Positions 1 to 10,016 of a DNA stretch of 64,000 nt are shown in pieces. The DNA is from Trueperaceae bacterium. GTDB taxonomy: Bacteria; Deinococcota; Deinococci; Deinococcales; Trueperaceae. A program made the translations under genes and the position numbers. Each line of letters opens with the position of its first letter. Positions within the stretch are counted from its first letter, which is position 1. Under the pieces are notes generated by a model. It made no database searches, was not told the DNA's origin, and saw nothing but the letters and a program-made list of their open reading frames with translations. The stretch is taken from contig OZ243927.1 in NCBI GenBank assembly GCA_965213925.1, forward strand, positions 992,001 to 1,056,000, given 5' to 3'.

Positions 1-775
1 GAATGAAGGGCGACCAGATGATCATGGCGGCGTCGCCTGCAAAGTACAGCTCACGCGACTGCTGCCAGTAGAGGTTGCCGGGCGGACTCGCTTCGACCAG
101 GTCTCTATAGAACTCGAGCGTCTCGGTGAGCTTTTCGGTGTCCAGCGCGACGTTGCCCTGGTCGTCCACCAAGTTCACGCCGTTGGCGAGCGCGATGTGC
201 TCAAAGACCTGCATCATGTAGCTCTCGCTGGGGTCGGTCGCGGCGACGAAGCCGTACATGTCGGGCGGGCTATGTAAAGCTTCGGTAGCGGCGCGAATCG
301 CCTCGTAGCTCGTGGGCGGCTCTAAGCCCGCCTCTTCAAAGAGGTCTTGGCGGTAAACTAGAAGCTGCGTCCAGCCGTCAACGGGCACAGCGGCGTAGCC
401 ATCCTCGACTTCAACTAAATTGAGTGCGCCCTCGAAAAAGGTGTCCGCGCCGAGCGTCTCGATGGCTTCGGCGGCGCTGAAGGGGTCTAAGATGCCTGCG
501 CTCGCCCAGCCCAAGGTGTAGTTGAGCGGGTGGTAGATGACATCGGGCAGTTCGCCCGCAGCGAAGGCGGCGGTGACGCGCTCGCCCATCTGGTTCTCGG
601 TCACAGGGATGACCTCGACGCTGACGCCCGTTTGCTCCTGGAAGGCTGAGGCGATGTTACGCTGCACCTCCAAGCGCTCGGGTTGCTCCTCGGTGGTCCA
701 GAGGACGAGTTGGGCGGAGGCTACACTGCTTGCGAATAGAGCTATGGCGACGGCGACGCTTAGGAACTTCTTCAC
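1..775 (-). CDS. ABC transporter sugar-binding protein (3' end runs off window)
   Basis: Manual translation from GTG at 775 (AAGGAG RBS upstream): MKKFLSVAVAIALFASSVASAQLVLWTTEEQPER..., a signal peptide plus solute-binding family motifs (AVPVDGWTQLLVYRQDLF). Confidence 0.8.
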   Translation of the reverse strand, partial: MKKFLSVAVAIALFASSVASAQLVLWTTEEQPERLEVQRNIASAFQEQTGVSVEVIPVTENQMGERVTAAFAAGELPDVIYHPLNYTLGWASAGILDPFSAAEAIETLGADTFFEGALNLVEVEDGYAAVPVDGWTQLLVYRQDLFEEAGLEPPTSYEAIRAATEALHSPPDMYGFVAATDPSESYMMQVFEHIALANGVNLVDDQGNVALDTEKLTETLEFYRDLVEASPPGNLYWQQSRELYFAGDAAMIIWSPFI

Positions 776-1150
776 GGATCACGCTCCTTTAGTTATGTTT
801 GTCCCAAGATTAGCAGATTGATGATAGAAAAGGACAAACCTTTGCGAGATAATCGGTACAAAACCTGTAGGCTGTCCTGCAAACCCGCTTCTCGAGTTCT
901 ACAAAAGGACCTTTCCGCGTACCGTCAAGGCTTGCCGACACCTCTACGCTCATCTTGGTGCGCTAGACTTAGTAGCAGGTTACTTCGTTCCATAAGCTTC
1001 GCGCGCTCAGCCGTGAGGCTAGCGGGATATCATCTGGTCATCTACACTCCGAGTGGAGAAAGCACACTTTAGAATTCACTCTTATAGATGACATCTGCGT
1101 TAATTCGTCTCAGCGTGTTACGGAGTTACTACAACTATGGAGGTGGAAGG

Positions 1151-1378
1151 GTGTACGACGCCGAAGGCATCGAGCGTGGCGAGGTCTGCCCGGAGTGCGG
1201 CAGCGGCCATACCGTCACATATATCTATTTAGAAGGCTTTACCGAGCTGGAATGTTACCGCTGCGGCTACAGCAGCGAGTCGCAGGAAATTTCTGAGTTG
1301 GCACGCTACCGGGGCGACCTAAGTGAGCGTGAGCTTAAAGACCTGCCGCCCATTCCGATTAAAAAGCTCGAGGCTTAA
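1151..1378 (+). CDS. small zinc-ribbon hypothetical protein
   Basis: GTG at 1151 after GGAGG; CPECG and CYRCG cysteine pairs. Confidence 0.65.
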   Translation: MYDAEGIERGEVCPECGSGHTVTYIYLEGFTELECYRCGYSSESQEISELARYRGDLSERELKDLPPIPIKKLEA

Positions 1379-1684
1379 CGTGCAAGCGCTCGAATAGAGT
1401 ACATGTGGTATTTCTTACAGCGGCGCGCGTGCGAGCTGCCTCGAGCTTTGTGACAGCGCTCAGACACGCTAGGAGCGCAATGCTTCGAAACTTGAACTGT
1501 GCTTCCGGTTTGCTGTTTGCGCATCCATGTCAGGTAGTGATTACGGCACTATAATCAAAAGTACGTGAGCCCCTATGACATTCCTGACAAATTCATTAAG
1601 ATAAGCCAATCTGCGCGCGTCCGTATTTTTTCACATCTGCACCGAGCAACAGAAGGTAACATGGCTTTCAATTGAAAGAGAGGA

Positions 1685-2071
1685 GTGAAGATGGATGTAA
1701 AAGTGGTTCTTAGTTCGGATGAGATTGTTCGGGGGCTCAAGCACTACAGGCGCATCGCCAAGCAAGATATCTTACGCGCGCCCGAAACCACCAACCCGGA
1801 GGTCTTTCGCTGTCACGCCGAGGCGCGGCGCACCATCTACGCCCGCTTAACGGACGTCGCCGAGGCGCAGAGCCCCGCCGACGTGGTGATCGAGGCGCTC
1901 GAGTGCTACAAAGAGCTGCCCTTTGTGACCGGCACCGCCGAGGACGAACACACCGACATTAAAGGGCGAGAGAACGCTTTAGAGAACTTCTTTTTGATGA
2001 TCGGCTTAGAACCCAAAGTGCGCCGCGAGGTGCGGAGCCAGCGCCCACCACTCGCCTCGATAAAGTCGTAA
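1685..2071 (+). CDS. hypothetical protein
   Basis: 128-aa ORF with GAGAGGA RBS, followed by an intrinsic terminator. Confidence 0.75.
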   Translation: MKMDVKVVLSSDEIVRGLKHYRRIAKQDILRAPETTNPEVFRCHAEARRTIYARLTDVAEAQSPADVVIEALECYKELPFVTGTAEDEHTDIKGRENALENFFLMIGLEPKVRREVRSQRPPLASIKS

Positions 2072-2094
2072 CACAGATTCAACCTGATACATAC

Positions 2095-2120
2095 AGCGCG
2101 CTTCGGCGCGTTTTCTTTTT
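2095..2120 (+). terminator. intrinsic terminator
   Basis: GCGCGC-TTCG-GCGCGT hairpin followed by TTTTCTTTTT. Confidence 0.8.
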
Positions 2121-2308
2121 GCCTGTTTTTCTACCCCTTACCGACTACCGCACTGCACACGTCGCCGCGTTAAAATAAGGTTCTGTCACGGGTTACTGCT
2201 ACATGCACTGTTATAAGCTGCGACAATCGACGTTTCGACCTCTCGCCCTCTTTCGTACGTGTTACTTGTACCAGGGCTCGAGAGGTCATACGCGCTACGG
2301 GAGGAAAG

Positions 2309-2929
2309 ATGACGTTAGACGAACTCGAGCAGCAGGCAAAAGAAACCCCTAAGCCCCCCGCGCTGTCCGACACCGCCAATAATCTGGTCTTCGGGGAAGG
2401 CGACCCAGATGCCAACGTGGTCATCATCGGCGAAGCGCCCGGTGAGGACGAGGACGCCACCGGACGCCCCTTCGTAGGTCGCGCCGGACAGCTCCTAGAC
2501 CGCATTCTGGATTCTGTCAGAATCGACCGCGATGAGGTCTATATCACCAACATCGTCAAGTACCGTCCGCCGAACAACCGCAACCCCAAACCCGAAGAGA
2601 TCGCCGCGAGCGAACCTCTTCTGATGGAACAGCTCAAGCTCATCCGCCCGCAGATTATCGCCACTTTAGGCAACATCCCCACGCAGTATTTCGTCAATAC
2701 GAAAGAGGGCATCACCAAAACACACGGCAACTGGTATGACTGGAACGGCGTGCGCATCTACCCGATGTTTCACCCCGCTTACCTCTTGCGCAACCCGAGC
2801 CGCGAAAAAGGCTCCCCCAAGTGGCTCATGTGGCAAGACGTGAAGCTCTTGCGCGAGGAGATGGATAAGCTAGGCGCGAAGCCGAACAACCTAATGATCG
2901 ATACGGCGCAGCAGGAGGGGTTGTTTTAG
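2309..2929 (+). CDS. udg: uracil-DNA glycosylase, family 4
   Basis: Motifs IGEAPGEDED..GRPFVGRAG, YITNIVKYRPPNNR and FHPAYLLR. Confidence 0.92.
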   Translation: MTLDELEQQAKETPKPPALSDTANNLVFGEGDPDANVVIIGEAPGEDEDATGRPFVGRAGQLLDRILDSVRIDRDEVYITNIVKYRPPNNRNPKPEEIAASEPLLMEQLKLIRPQIIATLGNIPTQYFVNTKEGITKTHGNWYDWNGVRIYPMFHPAYLLRNPSREKGSPKWLMWQDVKLLREEMDKLGAKPNNLMIDTAQQEGLF

Positions 2930-2937
2930 AAGAAGCC

Positions 2938-3010
2938 AATGAGCAATGAGGAACGAGCAATGAGGTTAAAGGCTTTGATTTTCACTCATTGCTCACCGTT
3001 CGTTCACTGC
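2938..3010. repeat. heptamer tandem repeat with an inverted arm
   Basis: AATGAGC AATGAGG AACGAGC AATGAGG at 2938-2965, inverted copies (CTCATTG CTCACCG...) from 2985. Confidence 0.6.
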
Positions 3011-3114
3011 GTGAGGACTTGTGTACATCAGCTTGACTGGATTGCTTTCAACTCATTGCTTACGTTTACGCCCTCGCAACAGAACCCTTCTTTGCTGACT
3101 GGTAGACTAACCCC

Positions 3115-3411
3115 ATGTCTGATCCACGCTTTATCGGTTTGGTCCACTCTATTTTAAGCTCGGCAGAAGCCGCTCTAGGCGAGATGAATAGCCCGATGGT
3201 GACGCGGTTGGCGCGTGACGGCATCTTGGCGCGGCGCACGGGCGAGAAGAGTTTGCAGCTCTTAGAGATGCTCCAGCAGAAGACGAACGGCAACCTAGAC
3301 GAGACGGAGCGCGGGGCGCTCTACGGGGCGATGCGCACGATCAGGGAGCGGCTCGAGACCCTTCCCGAAGCATCCTCTCAGACGCCGCCTCAAACGCCGC
3401 GGAGCAACTGA
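3115..3411 (+). CDS. DUF1844-like protein
   Basis: F.GLVHS..SSAEAALG and LL.ML..KT.GNL..E pattern. Confidence 0.7.
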   Translation: MSDPRFIGLVHSILSSAEAALGEMNSPMVTRLARDGILARRTGEKSLQLLEMLQQKTNGNLDETERGALYGAMRTIRERLETLPEASSQTPPQTPRSN

Positions 3412-3424
3412 TGGATTTGAGTGA

Positions 3425-3877
3425 ATGAGGGCGCTCTTGCAACGTGTCGCTCACGCTAAAGTCGAGGTCGAAGGCGAGGTCATCGGTGAGGTCGGGCGCG
3501 GGCTGCTCGTCTTACTCGGCGTGAGTGAAGAGGACACCGAGGATGAGGTGCAGTTTTTAGCGCAAAAGGTCAGCACGCTGCGCGTCTTTAACGACGACGC
3601 GGGCAAGATGAACCTGAACCTCTCTGACGTGGGCGGCGCGGCGCTCGTCGTCAGCCAGTTCACCCTCTACGGCGACGCGCGGCGCGGCAACCGTCCGAGC
3701 TACATCAAGGCGGCGCGGCCGGAGCAGGCGGACGCGCTCTACCAGCGTTTTGCACAGGTATTGAGCGAGAAGGGTATCGAGACCGCCACGGGTGAATTCG
3801 GCGCAAATATGAAAGTCAGCCTGCTCAACGATGGCCCGGTGACGCTCTGGCTGGATACGGCGGAACTGCGCGGGTAG
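3425..3877 (+). CDS. dtd: D-aminoacyl-tRNA deacylase
   Basis: MRALLQRV, SQFTL and NDGPVT motifs. Confidence 0.95.
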   Translation: MRALLQRVAHAKVEVEGEVIGEVGRGLLVLLGVSEEDTEDEVQFLAQKVSTLRVFNDDAGKMNLNLSDVGGAALVVSQFTLYGDARRGNRPSYIKAARPEQADALYQRFAQVLSEKGIETATGEFGANMKVSLLNDGPVTLWLDTAELRG

Positions 3878-4132
3878 AAGGGTCGAGCGGCTTTCCTGCG
3901 CCCTAAGAATCCGCGATGCTTGCGACGCCTCACGAATGTGTTTAGACCGCTAGCTAAGGGTCCGAGGTAAAGCCTCGATGAAGAGCCAAAACGGTGAACG
4001 GTTGATGAACGTTCAAATATAGCAGGTATCATCTGGTTTGAGCCAATCTCACAAGATAGAGTATTGTGCAGCACACACCTTAGGGGATGATATCTGCGTG
4101 ATTCAAGCTCAGTAGTTATGATAATTGCTTTA

Positions 4133-4510
4133 GTACACTGTTAGCTAAGTTTTGCGACATCTTTGGTAGTGCCTTTTGAGCTTGTCATGGGCGCTTTGGA
4201 TAGAGAACTGCCAGTTGAGCGTGATGCGCTTGGCGTTACGGTCTTTGACCCAAGCAAGGACTTCGCGCCCTAGTTGCTTTTGGCAGGGGATGCGTCGGTT
4301 TAAGCATTGCCTAGCGAGGGCGGAGAACTCGATTTCAATGGCGTTGAGCCAGCTTGCGCCTTTAGGGGTGAAGTGCATGTTGATACGTTCAGCGAGCGTG
4401 AACGCCTCATCGGGGTCTAGGTGCTCTTGACGTTCCTCTTCGCTTAGCTTCACCTCATATAGCTTCTTTCGCATCTCTTAGTATGTCTCATGACTTGCTT
4501 AACAATGTAC
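4133..4510 (-). mobile_element. internally deleted IS630-family element
   Basis: ORF 4145-4474 joins an IS630 N-terminus (MRKKLYEVKLSEEERQ) to the DDE C-terminus (HFTPKGASWLNAIEIEFS). Imperfect terminal IRs GTACACTGTTAGCTAAGT / ACTTGCTTAACAATGTAC, with TTA on both flanks. Confidence 0.8.
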
Positions 4511-4513
4511 TTA

Positions 4514-4678
4514 CTACACCGTCAAGTAAATTCTGCGGCGTTGTTGTCACCCTAAGCCGAAGGCGTAAGGGTCTCGTCTTTCGTTCTCTGTCAGAGGAGT
4601 CAGCAAGGTCAGAGATTCTTTCACTCCGCTATCGCTACGTTCAGAATGACATGGTTCATTATTTGGTTGACAGAGTAC
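4514..4678 (+). repeat. 165-bp MITE-like element with IS630-type ends and REP-like internal palindrome
   Basis: Ends CTACACCGTCAA / TTGACAGAGTAC; internal GTCACCCTAAGCCGAAGGCGTAAGGGTCTC...GAGATTCTTTCACTCCGCT..CGCTACGTTCAGAATGACA shared with 8720-8885. Confidence 0.8.
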
Positions 4679-4681
4679 TTA

Positions 4682-4751
4682 CTATTCTGTTAATTAAGTT
4701 TTGCGGCACTGTTATCACCCCGAGCGGAGCCCTTGACAGGATAGACTCCGT
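4682..4751 (+). repeat. truncated copy of the same MITE family
   Basis: CTGTTATCACCCCGAGCGGAGCCCTTGACAGGATAGACTCCG nearly identical to the reverse complement of ~11047-11090. Confidence 0.7.
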
Positions 4752-4768
4752 CCTATGACGAGCGTAGG

Positions 4769-4806
4769 AAGCCGCGCCGGTCGTAATTATGACCGGCGCG
4801 GCTTTT
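4769..4806. terminator. strong hairpin, likely the original bamA terminator
   Basis: AAGCCGCGCCGGTC-8 nt-GACCGGCGCGGCTT perfect stem. Confidence 0.7.
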
Positions 4807-4827
4807 CTGTTAAGAGAAGACTAAAAG

Positions 4828-5710
4828 ACCCCAATTCGGAAAAGGGAAATTCAAAGCTCAAATGCCCCTAAACGGCTGAGTTGGTAAGCGAGCAAGGTGG
4901 TGTAAACGTGCAGGATGCAGCCCACCGTCGAGCGGTAGGGTCTGTCAGAGAGTCCAAGTCTATCCAAGGACGAGAAGACCGACTCAACGATGCGGTGTCC
5001 TTGGTAAAGCCTCTGCTCACGCTTGGGCGGGGGTAGCTGGTTGCTGCGGCGCGGGGTTATAAGGTCAACCGCTTGGGAGGCAACGTCGGCTTTAAGCTCG
5101 GAGCTGATATAGCCTTTATCGGCGGTTACAATGGCGTAAGTGAGTTTGTCTAGTAGGCGAGGCGCGACCTTAACATCATGTTCGTTCGCGCCTCGCAGCA
5201 GTACCTCACAGAGTCTGCTTGTATCGTCCACACGCGCATGAAGCCGAAAGCCATAGAAGGTGGTGTTATGGACGTGGTCACGCCCATAACTGCCCGCAAG
5301 CTTGGTCCTTTTAGCACGGGCAAAATCTACTACTTCTAGTTTCTTCGAGTCGAGGTGCTGTTTCGTCGTGTTATGCCCGGTGCAAAGCTGTTTAACCGCG
5401 AGAATAATCTGTCCTATCAGGAGGCGCTTACGCTCACAAAACGTTGAGGGTACAGGTACGTCCACGCCGAACGATGCAGCAACTTCAAGCATCTTCCGGC
5501 TATAGCGAAAACTCGACAGCTTCTGATAGACCGCTAAGGCGACGATGAACGAGTCTGGAAAAACAGGAGCACGTCCTTGAGGGGCTTTTCTACGCTTCTT
5601 GAGGGGTAAACGTTCGACGGCTTGTATAATCTCTTCGAGGGTTGGGATTTTGCGCATACATCATTGCAACCCTCACTTCTCCCGCTGTCAAATCTTTTCC
5701 GAATTGGCGT
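4828..5710 (-). mobile_element. IS982-family insertion sequence (complete)
   Basis: 17-bp IRs ACCCCAATTCGGAAAAG (4828-4844) and CTTTTCCGAATTGGCGT (5694-5710), 16/17 match; 6-bp direct repeat TAAAAG at 4822-4827 and 5711-5716. Confidence 0.9.
4851..5657 (-). CDS. IS982-family DDE transposase
   Basis: LDS, FYGFRLH, EHD, ADKGY and R.IVESVFS motifs. Confidence 0.88.
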   Translation of the reverse strand: MRKIPTLEEIIQAVERLPLKKRRKAPQGRAPVFPDSFIVALAVYQKLSSFRYSRKMLEVAASFGVDVPVPSTFCERKRLLIGQIILAVKQLCTGHNTTKQHLDSKKLEVVDFARAKRTKLAGSYGRDHVHNTTFYGFRLHARVDDTSRLCEVLLRGANEHDVKVAPRLLDKLTYAIVTADKGYISSELKADVASQAVDLITPRRSNQLPPPKREQRLYQGHRIVESVFSSLDRLGLSDRPYRSTVGCILHVYTTLLAYQLSRLGAFEL

Positions 5711-8566
5711 TAAAAGTTAAACCCTAACCGGAAGCCGAACGTTCCCGTCGGGTTGGCGGGGCTGAAGCCGTAGTCGAAGCGTAAGGGGGGCAGCGCGAGT
5801 GCGCCGCCGAAGCCGATATTGAGTTGCACGCCGACGCCCGCGCTAAAGAGGAGCGGATCGAGGAAATCCTCGTTTGTGATATCCGAAGCGTAGCCGATGT
5901 CGGTAAAGACGAGACCGACCACCGTCTGCGTGATGGCGGTGGAGAGCCCGAAGTCGTAGCGGTACTCGGCTGTGCCGACGACGTAGGTACGTGACGGGTT
6001 GATGTCGTCGCGGGTGTAGCCGCGTAGCTGGGTCGCCTCGTTGTTCGTGTTGCCGACGATGAAGTAGCGGCTGGTCGGATAGTCGCCGCCGTAGCCGAAC
6101 TGGTGCCCTGCGTTGAACCGAAAAGCGAAGACGTGGCTGGGGTTGTCCAGAGCGAGATAGGTCCTCGCGCCGAACTCAACGGGCTGATAGGTGTAGCTGC
6201 GCCGCTCGCCGTCCTGCTGAAAGTCGTTGCCGAAGCCCAAACCCTGTGCTCGCGGTGAAGCGGTAGCCGCTGCGGGGAAACTCTGGGTTGTCGCGGGTGT
6301 CGTAGGCGCTGCTCACGCCGACGAAGCTCGAGAACCCGTTCTGCGGCTTAGCGCCCTCCGCAAACACGCGGTTCTCTTCCGTATCCGGGTCGTCCTCGTC
6401 GCGGTCGAGCGAGCAGTCGTTGTCGACGAGGTTGCCGTCCTCGCCGAACTCACAGGGCTCACCCGCCGGCTCCAAAGTGTAGCGCGTCGCGGTGAAACGC
6501 CCCGACAAGCGTACGCTGACGTTGTCTAAAACAGGTCGCCCGACGCCGAAGCGCAGACCCGTATCGCGCTGGCTATATTCGCCGATAAAGACCTTTTCCT
6601 CGTCTGTACAGGTCTCGGGGTCTGCCTCAGGGTCATCTACGCACACCCTGCGCTCGCCGTCTTCGGTCAGCGGCTGGTTGTTCTGCACCTCGCTGAAGAG
6701 GTCGACGTTGAGTTCGGTCGGCACCTCTTGGAAGTCCAAGAAGTCCACGTAGAGCCAAGGGATATCGTAGGAGATGTTGCCGCTCACCTGGAAGCCGATG
6801 TCCGAGGTCTGCGCGCCGATACCCGTACTCAGCCGGTGCGCCTCGCCGAAGAGGTTGGTGTCGATGTAGCTGACCTCCGCGCCGAAGCTCACGCCGCCTT
6901 CGGTGGCGAGTTCGGCGGAGGGTCTGATGGTGCGCGCGGGCTGCTCCGCGGCGATGAAGCGAACCGTGACTTCGTCGAGGCTGTCCGTCGGGACGAGCGC
7001 GTGGCTGATGCGCCCGCCGACCTGCGTGAGCTGCACGATATTCAGGCGGTTAATTGCTAGGATGCCCCGCTCCACCTCGCGCTGGTTATAGACCGTGCCG
7101 ACTTCGGGTAGATAGCGCGTGATGACGTCGTCGTTCGTACGCGAGTCTTCGTCTTGCAAGTCCACCTCATAGCCTGTAATTTTGACCTCACGCAAACGCT
7201 GGACGTAGGTGCCGTCCATGTAGTTGAACACGCTCGCGCCGTCAGGATAGGTGAAGTCGGGCGGCGCAACGAGCAGATAGCCCGCATTCTGGTAGACCTC
7301 TAAAAGCTGCCGAAAATCGTCCTCCGCTGCCGCCGAGGTAAAGGTGTCGCCGGGCTCGAGCCGCAGCACCTCACGTAACCTTTCGTCCGTGAAGACGGTG
7401 TTGCCCTCGATCTGAATTTCGTCGATCGGACCTGCTGACTCGGGCGGTCCCGACTCGAAGACCACGCGCACGCCGCCGTTTTCAGTGACCGTGGGTTCGA
7501 TGCGGATATCTTGTGAACGCTCCGCCGCTAAGCGCTGAACATCCTCTAAGAGCGCGTCGTAGTTGTAGAGGTCGCCGCGCGCTAGGCTCAGCTCGGAAGC
7601 GTCGATGCCGACCGCCGTCGTGTCGAAGCTCAAGATGCTGAGTTCTTGGATGTTGACGTCTAGGGTGCCGTTCTCGAGCACGGTCGTTCTCGGGTTGACG
7701 CCGCTGCCCCTGTAGCCCCGCTCTTCGTAAGCGTCCGCGACCGCCTGGACCGCCGCGTTATAGGCGCGGGGGTCGAAGTCTTCGGCGCGGGTCAGCGGGC
7801 GAAACAGCTCGCGCAGTCGCTCTTCGGATAGGACCGTCGCGCCGGAAAACGTCACCTCATCTAAAGGCGGCGACTCGTTGATCGTGTAGACGAGGCGCAC
7901 CGCTTCGGCTTCGGCGATCTCTTCGTCGGTGGCGGACGGCGTGCTTTCGGCGTCCTGACCAGGGCTGTCGTCGGCGGTCTCTTCAGCCTCTTCCTCGGCG
8001 TCCGCGCTCGCCTCGTCGCCCGGCTCTACGGGCACCACGTCCAGCGTGACGGGCACGGTGCCCGGATAGCCGTTCTGCTGGTACACTTGCTGCAGAATTT
8101 CGGTGCCTTCCCGCGCCCGGAAGGTGTTGTAGGTCGTCTCGGCTTCGATGAGGCTCTGAGCCAAAAACTCCTTGAGGCGGTCCACGGGGAGGCTCGAGCC
8201 CTCAATCTCCACCTCGGCGATGGGCGGGTTCTCCTCCGCGCTGACGACCAGCACGGGACCGTTCTCGCCCGGCTCCAAGGAGACGCGCACGCTCGAGAAC
8301 GTGCCGAGCCCCAAGATGCGGTTACGCTCCGCCTCTAGGTTGATGCGCCCCACGGGCGTACCGCGTCGCGCCACCAAACGCACGCGCACAAGGCTCTCCG
8401 TCGTGGGATTCGTGATGCCCTCGAAGCGAATCTCGGCGAGGTCGCCACTGACCTCTTGTGTGGTGGGTGTGGACTGAGCCGCCTCGCCTTGTGCGGCGGC
8501 GTGCAGGGGAAGACTCAGCAGGAAACATAGAGACAAACAGATAGAACGGGTGAAGTTAGCGCACAT
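5710..8566 (-). CDS. bamA: outer membrane protein assembly factor BamA/Omp85, with a one-base frameshift near 6240
   Basis: POTRA repeats in 6176-8566; barrel end with LRGY, EYRY and terminal RLGFNF in 5710-6240; removing one base at ACAGGGTTTGGGC restores a single ORF. Confidence 0.8.
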
Positions 8567-8719
8567 GGCGAACAGTCTAACCTTGCCGGGAGTGAGAAGA
8601 GGTTAGTCACAAGATGCACGGCGCGTCGAAAAAGCTTCATCAAACTTATGTCTTGCAAAAATACACTATGCCGTCCTAAATGCGGTTTCTCTTCAAAGGC
8701 TGTTAGCTTTTAGCACTTA

Positions 8720-8885
8720 GTACACCGTAAACTAAGTATTGCTACCTCTTACATGTCACCCTGAGCCGAAGGCGTAAGGGTCTCGTCTCGCAATCTCGAA
8801 CAGTTGGGAGTGGAAGACGAGATTCTTTCACTCCGCTGTCGCTACGTTTAGAATGACATGACTCATTTTTTAGTTGACGTTGTAC
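8720..8885 (+). repeat. 166-bp MITE-like element (same family as 4514-4678)
   Basis: GTACACCGTAAACTAA...TTAGTTGACGTTGTAC ends, TTA on both sides, same internal palindrome. Confidence 0.85.
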
Positions 8886-9003
8886 TTAGCTGTTAGAAGT
8901 GGACCCTAAAAGCCTTAGCTAAGGGCTAATGGTTCGATTATTGTAACTTCTTACAGACAACGAAATAATACAAGGCCTGAGTCAAATAAATTTCGAAGAC
9001 CAT

Positions 9004-9091
9004 AAAAATGCCCCGCTTGGGCGGCGGGGCGAAGGGAGAGAGGAGGCAAGCGCGCAAGTGCGTCGGGAGAGGGGATGGCTCGCGCTTACCT
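9004..9091 (-). ncRNA. putative small RNA
   Basis: -10 TAAACT (9098-9103), 11-bp 5' stem, C/U-rich loop and linker, and a GCCCCGC terminator hairpin with a U-tract; no ORF. Confidence 0.55.
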
Positions 9092-9170
9092 GAAGAGAGT
9101 TTACAGCGCCGTCTCTAACAGAATTCTGACGGTTCGGCGTAAGCATTTTGTAAGTTGTTATGATGCCGTT

Positions 9171-10010
9171 ATGACCTCAAACTCCAATGACCTCTTGACC
9201 AAAAGTAAAGTCGACGAAGCGGTCGCGGCGATCCGCGAGGCGACGAGCCTCACGCCCAAGGTCGCCGTCACGCTCGGCTCAGGTTTGGGCCCGTTAGCCG
9301 ATGACATCCAAGCCGAGGCGACCCTTTCGTACAGCGACATCCCCGGCTTTGCGGCGAGCACTGCGCCGGGGCACGCGGGCACGCTGATCCTGGGCGAACT
9401 AGCGGGCAAAAACGTCGTGGCGATGAACGGCCGCGTCCACTTCTATGAAGGCATCGGCGCGCAAGCCGCCGCCTTTCCAGTGCGCGTCATGCACGCTTTG
9501 GGCGCGCCGACCTTGCTCGTCTCGAACGCTTGCGGCGGGCTCAACCCGAACTGGCAGGCGGGCGACCTCATGCTCCAGCTCGACTTCATCAACTTCACGG
9601 GCGCGAACCCGCTGGTCGGTCCCAACGACGACGACCTGGGTCCGCGCTTTCCGGTGATGTTTGACGCCTACGACCCGGACTATCTCGAGCTTGCTAGGGA
9701 GACGGCGAGGGCACAGGACATCCGGCTGCGCGAGGGCGTCTACTTGGCGGTCAGCGGTCCGAGCTACGCGAGCCGCGCCGAGCTGCGCGCGTTTCGCGCT
9801 CTGGGCGCGGACGCCATCGGGATGTCGACGGTACACGAGGTCATCGCCGCCCGCCACGAAGGGATGCGCGTTTTAGGCCTCTCCTCGGTGACGGATATGG
9901 CGGTGCCGGACGGCGCGCAGCACGCCGACAGCGACGAGGTCTTGGAGACGGCGGCGAAGTCGGGTCCGACCTTTCAGCGGCTCGTCAAGGCGATTTTACC
10001 TAAGCTGTGA
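9171..10010 (+). CDS. punA: purine-nucleoside phosphorylase (trimeric PunA/XapA type)
   Basis: LGSGLG, GHAG, GRVHFYEG, SNACGG and GMST..E motifs; ATG 9171 follows a TATGAT -10. Confidence 0.9.
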   Translation: MTSNSNDLLTKSKVDEAVAAIREATSLTPKVAVTLGSGLGPLADDIQAEATLSYSDIPGFAASTAPGHAGTLILGELAGKNVVAMNGRVHFYEGIGAQAAAFPVRVMHALGAPTLLVSNACGGLNPNWQAGDLMLQLDFINFTGANPLVGPNDDDLGPRFPVMFDAYDPDYLELARETARAQDIRLREGVYLAVSGPSYASRAELRAFRALGADAIGMSTVHEVIAARHEGMRVLGLSSVTDMAVPDGAQHADSDEVLETAAKSGPTFQRLVKAILPKL

Positions 10011-10016
10011 GCACGC

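Noticed and set aside
4483..4758. 91-aa ORF (and the similar 96-aa ORF at 10817-11107)
   Set aside because: They lie within MITE repeats and look like spurious translations
6225..6250. Programmed -1 frameshift in bamA
   Set aside because: Restoring the frame needs +1, and the sequence is not an in-frame X XXY YYZ heptamer
9124..9142. TTCTG...CGTAA resembling the Deinococcus radiation/desiccation response motif
   Set aside because: Spacer is 9 nt, giving 19 bp rather than the 17-bp motif
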